Assembly: GCA_010093605.1 (NCBI GenBank)
Contig: MU004202.1
Span: 259,560-323,559, forward strand
Direction of reading: 5' to 3'
Length of the DNA stretch: 64,000 nt
Origin: Lophium mytilinum
Taxonomy: Eukaryota
The notes below the pieces were generated by a model that did not search any database, was not told the origin of the DNA, and saw only the letters and a program-made list of their open reading frames with translations. Below are positions 58,439-64,000 of this stretch, piece by piece; position 1 is the stretch's first letter; every line of letters starts with the position of its first letter. A program made the translations under genes and the position numbers.

Positions 58439-59440
58439 CTACAAGGCCACTGGGAAGAGCTTCAAATTATCAATCCACATCTCCTTCGTCGCCGTACTAT
58501 CCAGATCCGCAATAAAATTAACATCAATAACCACACCCGCTTGCACCGGCGCACTCCCCGCCGGCACGACCACATACCCCTCGCTCGTAAACGTAGTCCA
58601 CGCATCCGAACTGACTTCCTGGGTAAACATGGTCTGCCGGTACAGACCCGCGCCCACAATCGTCACCGCCGACACCCCGATGCTGTTCGTATTCGCCGCG
58701 GGCGAGACGCGGCGAGCGTCAAAGGAAAGCTTGTAGATCGTGCCCGGGCAGAGCAACACGCTTTGGAGCAGCCGGTGGTCGCTGTTTGAGACGACGGTTT
58801 GCACGCTGAGGACGTAGGAGCCGTCTTTTGCTGCGGTTCCGACGGACTTGAGCTCCATGTGATCGGAGTAGGTTGACGGGATCGTAATCCAGCTCGCGAA
58901 GTAGCCGAGGGTGAAGTCCTCGAAGCTGGGGTTGGAGAAGGCGTTGGTGGGGCAGGATGCCGGGGTTGAGGATGTGGCGGTAGCCAGAGAGACGGTCACG
59001 GTGGATGTGGCGGTCGTTGTGGTGGTTTCGGTGGCAGCGGATGCGGTGACGGTGACGGCGGCGCATGTGGACGCCGGGACGGACGAAGCGCTTGCCAATG
59101 GAACGACTTTGGCGTCGCAGGTTCCGGTTTCGGTGGAAATGATTCCATTCACGACACCTTGCTTGAGGTAGCAGGTCCCACCGCTGGTGAAGGATAGGTC
59201 TGTGCAGCCATTGGTGGTAGCGCACCTCGTCATGCAGTCCACAAAGGAGCCGCCAAAGGATGGGTCCCCGAGGTTGTTGAAGGACTTGACGGCATCGGCT
59301 TCAACGAGGAAAGATGCGCCTCCAACTGTGTAAACAGAACCGCTAGCGATACCATCACAGTCGGTAGCGCGTACTGCAATAGAGAGGGCGGTGGCCGGAA
59401 GTAGGAACTGCGCAAAAGCAACGGAAAGTAAGAAAAGCAT
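58439..59440 (-). CDS. Secreted protein: PAN/apple-like Cys domain, Thr/Ser linker, CBM4/9-like galactose-binding domain
   Basis: Signal peptide MLFLLSVAFAQFLLPATALS; SFVDCMTRCATTNGCTDLSF...CYLK; T-rich linker; CP...NPSFE...W...LQSVLLCPG..YKLSF...WIDN. Confidence 0.75.
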   Translation of the reverse strand: MLFLLSVAFAQFLLPATALSIAVRATDCDGIASGSVYTVGGASFLVEADAVKSFNNLGDPSFGGSFVDCMTRCATTNGCTDLSFTSGGTCYLKQGVVNGIISTETGTCDAKVVPLASASSVPASTCAAVTVTASAATETTTTTATSTVTVSLATATSSTPASCPTNAFSNPSFEDFTLGYFASWITIPSTYSDHMELKSVGTAAKDGSYVLSVQTVVSNSDHRLLQSVLLCPGTIYKLSFDARRVSPAANTNSIGVSAVTIVGAGLYRQTMFTQEVSSDAWTTFTSEGYVVVPAGSAPVQAGVVIDVNFIADLDSTATKEMWIDNLKLFPVAL

Positions 59441-60414
59441 CTCTAAGAGATTGATACGACAGAAAAATGAGTGTGGGTAGAGAGCTGGTAATGGAAATGA
59501 AAGACGTAAAGTTTTGAAAACGAAAGCGCTAGCATTGTGATTTATAGCCCGAAAGCGGTCATCGCTCTTATATACACAATTGCAGGTCGGGTACTCGGGA
59601 TTGTGGCTGGAGGAGAATTTTAGATATTTAGCTCTACTGTGGTCTCGACTTGACTATCGTGAGTCAAGCTCGCCTGTATGTGAGACTGTGCATGACCGTT
59701 GCAGTATAGAACCCCCTCGCGCAATATTGGCAGTAGGAGCGGCACGGATATTGCGACTGGACCGAGAATAGGAATGGGGAATGGCTGAGCTGAAGGGCCC
59801 ACTTAGGATTACTTAGCGATACATGTCCGCTTAAGATTTTATAGGTGGGTTTGTGTATTCTCGTTCTCTGTTGGAACGTGTTTGGTGCGCTACGCTTTTA
59901 GTAGTGATGGGGATGAAAGAGATAATATCATAGGACTCCGAAAAGTCCTTAAGAAGGTGGTCAAGAGAAGTTCCTGTTGTTGTAAGAACTTTGACTCATT
60001 GCCATATCCCCTGTGGGTGGCGTACAGCACTAATCAATCACGCTTATCCCGTTAGTGCAGATCAGGCCTAGTGAGTACCCCTGTGGCGCTCACCCGAGCT
60101 CTTCTGGACTCTCTTCAAGCCGAACGCCGCCTTCTACCACCGGCCAAATCTGGATGCCGTGAACATCGCCGACAGATTGTTCCCTTGCAGTAAACCCTCA
60201 TATAGTATATGTCGTTTCCCGAAGACTCGCATCGTAATACAGAAAGTATCACTACATCAAGAGTCACGTGTCATAGGGATAACTAATATGCCCCAAAAGG
60301 TGGTTTCATTCCCTTACGCTAGGAGGCTCCTCTTTCGTGAAATCAATGCAGTCCTCATGTCCCCTCTTCACAGAGAATAGTACTCCCCTCTCGCGAGACG
60401 TCTGCAGGATATTT

Positions 60415-63400
60415 TCAAAGCGGGACAACTTTCCCTCTCATTTCGCGTTTCATGGCCGCGAGCCTCACGGCATAGTCCAAACTAGACTCGTGAGGTTGCA
60501 TCTCACGCCGACCCACAAGCCGAAGAGCTGCTGTCCCGATGCCGCTCCGGGGCCTAACCTCCCTACTTACCCCAGAGCTGGACGCCAATTCACCACTATC
60601 GTTCAGTCTGCGCTGCTCATTGAACTGCCCCACGAGAAGCCACGCGATAACTCTCTTAGACCGACGGGCCGCTATCATCGCGCTGTTCAGTCCGTTCTTG
60701 CCAACGTAGGAGATCGCCGCGCCTCGCCGCACCAAGAGCTTCACAGCATCCAAGCGGCCACATGCACATGCGATCATCAGGGCTGAACCCAGGGAGCATC
60801 CTTCAAAGTCGATCTCGGCATCCATCTTGAGACAGTTCTCCATTATCTCCAGGATACCGCGTGAAGACGCCCGGCAGAGGGGACTTACTCCGCGCTCTGG
60901 CTGTATATTCATGATCCGCGCAAAGGTGCTATGAGGTAGCCCTCGCCGATAAAACTCGAAGCCGCTCGTCAAGAAAGCCATCTTGTGAAAATGGGGCCAG
61001 TCGTGGTGCCACGGGAACGGCGTCAGCTTTTGCAATGCGCTAATCCAGTCATGCGGTACTTTTGAATAACCTGTAGAGCATATTGCGCTGTGCAAGAAAC
61101 TTCTTCCTCCAAAATCTTCTTCTGTTTCGGTATCAGGGACAAATTTGGGTATTCGTAACAGAGAATCCCGGGAAATGTGGGTATACGAGACTGTGGTCAT
61201 TCTGTTCAACAAAAGAGGTGTCTTTCGGCAAGCAGCTGCCGGCGCCTGCTCAAGTAGTAGCTCAGACAAATCAGCTGAGCTTGATATGTGGTTTAAAAGC
61301 AGCGCCAGAGGCCATGTCAGAACTATACCCGTTGCCGCTCCCAGTTGAACTAGGCGCACAGCAGCGCCGTATACATTAGTCTTGTCGTATCCGGCGTGTC
61401 CATTTGCAAAGCTGCCCGTGAGGACGCTTTCGAGAGGAGTGAAATAGTTGGAGTCATATTCATCAATATTGGCGCCCGTATTGACCAGATGCTCAATGGC
61501 TGGAATATTACCACATTGCACGGCAACATGGAGCGACGGGGAAAACCATCCTTGACGGGAGTACATGGGTTGATTGACCATGTTCACAACCACTTCTGTT
61601 GATAACAGTTGCAAGGAAGCGCTGCTAGGTTAGTACGTAGCCACTCAAGCGGTTCCGAAGCGCAAACTTACCTGATACCTCCAGCCCATTCCTTCACAAA
61701 GTCCAAGTATATTTTCAACCCTTCATTGTTATGGTTTGCTATGGCCCTCGCCAATGGGAAAGAATCACCGCAGAGTATATCGCCGCCTTGCTCTACGTAT
61801 TCGATGAGCAACCTGGTCAGTGTCGGATTGAATCTGGGGGAGCCGATAGCAAGTTCGATCGCACTGCTGCCTCCATGAGGGCCGCAAGCTATCCTGGAAG
61901 TCTGCGCTTTGCACTGTAACAGCCAGTCGACTATACGTAGTTGGTGATTCCGCACTGCTGTAATCATTGGTGAGCATCCGTGGCAGCTCGGCATAATGGT
62001 GTCAAGTGAGCAGCCCGCACGATGCAGCCTCTGGCACTCCTGAAGATCATCTTTCACGATTGCTTCTTCAAGAGACTGTGCTAGGAGATTCGTGTGTTTC
62101 CGAGAGATTGAGTTCCTATTGATGAAAGACGAGCCTTCCATATCGAGAGGGAGGTGCTGATCTAGAAGCTTAATCATGTCTTCATCCTTCAAGCCCGAGG
62201 CATACATCCTGGGAGTCATAGCAACAGCATCTTGCGAGCTTTCTGCCCCTGATTCGAGGAGAACTTTGACTGTTGCTAGGCTTTTCGTTCGAACTGCTAG
62301 ATGCAGGGCGGTACTTCCATCAACGCTTTGCATGGCAAGGTTTGCTCCTCGAACTTGAAGCCGGTGAACAGCGGCTGCTTGATTATGAATTGCGGCGAGG
62401 TGCAATGCAGTATAACCGTCTGCATTCGGTACGTTTATGTCTCCTAAGAGGCCTCTGTCAATGTAAAACGCCATAATTTCGTCCAGACCTTGTCCTGCGA
62501 TATAATGTAACGGAGTGACGTCTTTCAGCTTTTTTACACTACCCTCAAATTTGATCGAACATGTAAAAGTGCCATTCCATTGAATGGGCGTTCCGGTCTC
62601 GTCGGAGTATCGTAATAGCCGTTTCATGAACGATAAGCCACTTTCCGTAAGTGAGGCTTGAACAGGATCGAAGGCACTATTCGCAAGAGGATTTGCTCCC
62701 AAGTCGAGCAGTATCTCTGCCGTCTCAAAGGAACCCTTGGATAGATGATGTACCAGAGGTGTGTAACCTGGCTTAAACCTTGCTTCGCCATTAATATTGA
62801 TGCCCCGCCTGATAAGCTCTTTCAGGAGCCAGTATGTCCATGCTTTCCTACTATGTTCCGTCTCGATGACCATGTGCAAAAGGCCAAGGCCCAGACCGTG
62901 CGGACTGCAATTCTTCAGTTCTTCCCTTACTGAATGTGATAGAAGAGCGAGCAACATCTCCTTAGGGTCTATCTCGTCTGCTATCTCGTCTGTTATCTCG
63001 TCCGATTCCATTAATTTATGGGCAGTGCTGAAATTCTCCACAGCGAACTCCATACTCGACACCCCGTCGACGCGCTGATGAACACTTACGCCATGTTCGA
63101 GAAGTAACTTGACGGTCTCCAGATTGCCGTCTGTAATCGCTGCTTTCAAAAACTCCACCACGGCTAGGGACGTTTTTGCATCCTCCCAATATGAAGACTT
63201 GCATATGATAGTGGATAGTGTGCCGTGGCTAACTACCGTGGTATAACGTCTGGGCTGCTTCTTTCCTATCCCTAACGCAGAGAACAGCGGTATTAAGCCT
63301 GACTGCCTCTTTGTTTCCTCGCACAGCGCCATCTCCAATGCAGAGAATAGTGGTACTAGTCCTGACTGTCGCTTTGTCTCCTCGTACAACGCCATCATTC

Positions 63401-64000
63401 CGAGGCGAAGGAGTGTTGAGATAATGCAGTCGAAGTGTGAGTAGAGACCTTTGACCGACTCCCACAGTAACGATCTGATTGGGATCTCTTTGCAACAGAA
63501 TGACCAGACCACTTCCGTATCGGTGTTCTGGGGGGAAAGTGCATCTGGTGTCGCTAGGACGACTAACAGCTCCTGGTTCACTACTTGGTTCCACGTCAAC
63601 TGTTTTTCAATATACATTTCGAGGGGTGTTTGCTCCTGGAAACGAAGTCGGTGAGCATCTGGGTATATGCGTTGCAGAATCTGCGCGCATCCAGGAGTTG
63701 TATAGGAACCGAGCCGATGCAAAGGGGTGAAATGGTCGGTCCCAATTACATCTGGCTCTGCACCAGCCTGTAAAAGGTGCTCGATTACAGTTTCAGAACC
63801 AAACTCAGCTGCCACGGCGAACACAGGGCCATGGTCCTTCCAGAACTGAGACTTTCCAGCGCAGTGGTCTATGATTATGAGCAGTCTCGCAACCGCGTTT
63901 TCATCTCTTTCCTGTTTGAGCGCTACTAGGATGGGAGTGTCTCCGGAAGGCGTTCTCAACAGTAGTGCTTCGGTAGTCTGATCCTGAGGTAACTCGAGGA
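60415..64000 (-). CDS. Large multi-ankyrin-repeat protein (C-terminal part; 5' end beyond the window)
   Basis: Many ANK motifs (TPLH, TALHLAA, PSLHVA, SPLCRAS, SALMIACACGRLDAVKLLV). Intron 61671-61625 (GTAAGT...ACTAACCTAG) joins the 763-aa and 399-aa ORFs. Confidence 0.88.
63270..63395 (-). repeat. 63-bp in-frame tandem duplication inside the ankyrin gene
   Basis: MALYEETKRQSGLVPLFSALE followed by MALCEETKRQSGLIPLFSALG. Confidence 0.9.

Noticed and set aside
1..64000. tRNA/rRNA genes, autonomous transposases, Starship captain, PKS/NRPS
   Set aside because: None recognised by eye; tRNAscan-SE and HMM searches are needed to exclude them formally

Overview
Eukaryotic DNA from a filamentous ascomycete (Pezizomycotina). 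The evidence is GT-AG introns with CTAAC/CTGAC branch sites, a Zn2Cys6 transcription factor, and HET/NACHT genes; the genus cannot be determined. The left ~10 kb is conserved core: a secreted repeat protein, then CTR9 and SEC8 head-to-head. The rest is accessory-type content: a Xi-class GST, a DUF6604 protein, two F-box proteins, a probable pseudokinase, a Myb plus zinc-finger fusion, a MYND protein, a GH17 glucanase, an MDR oxidoreductase, a bacterial-like M24 peptidase and SDR, a HET protein, a HET-NACHT-ANK NLR, a secreted PAN/CBM protein and a large ankyrin protein. The most interesting feature is a compact six-gene cluster at 39.2-52.3 kb: P450, Zn-ADH, a dedicated P450 reductase, a sugar-porter transporter, a Zn2Cys6 regulator and an intronless M24-fold enzyme with a rewired active site. 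It has no PKS/NRPS/terpene backbone gene, shares TCCGCGG promoter motifs, and looks like an uncharacterised catabolic or detoxification pathway. Three short inverted-repeat (MITE-like) families are also visible, one with three copies in the window. All calls come from motif recognition by eye; no database searches were run.
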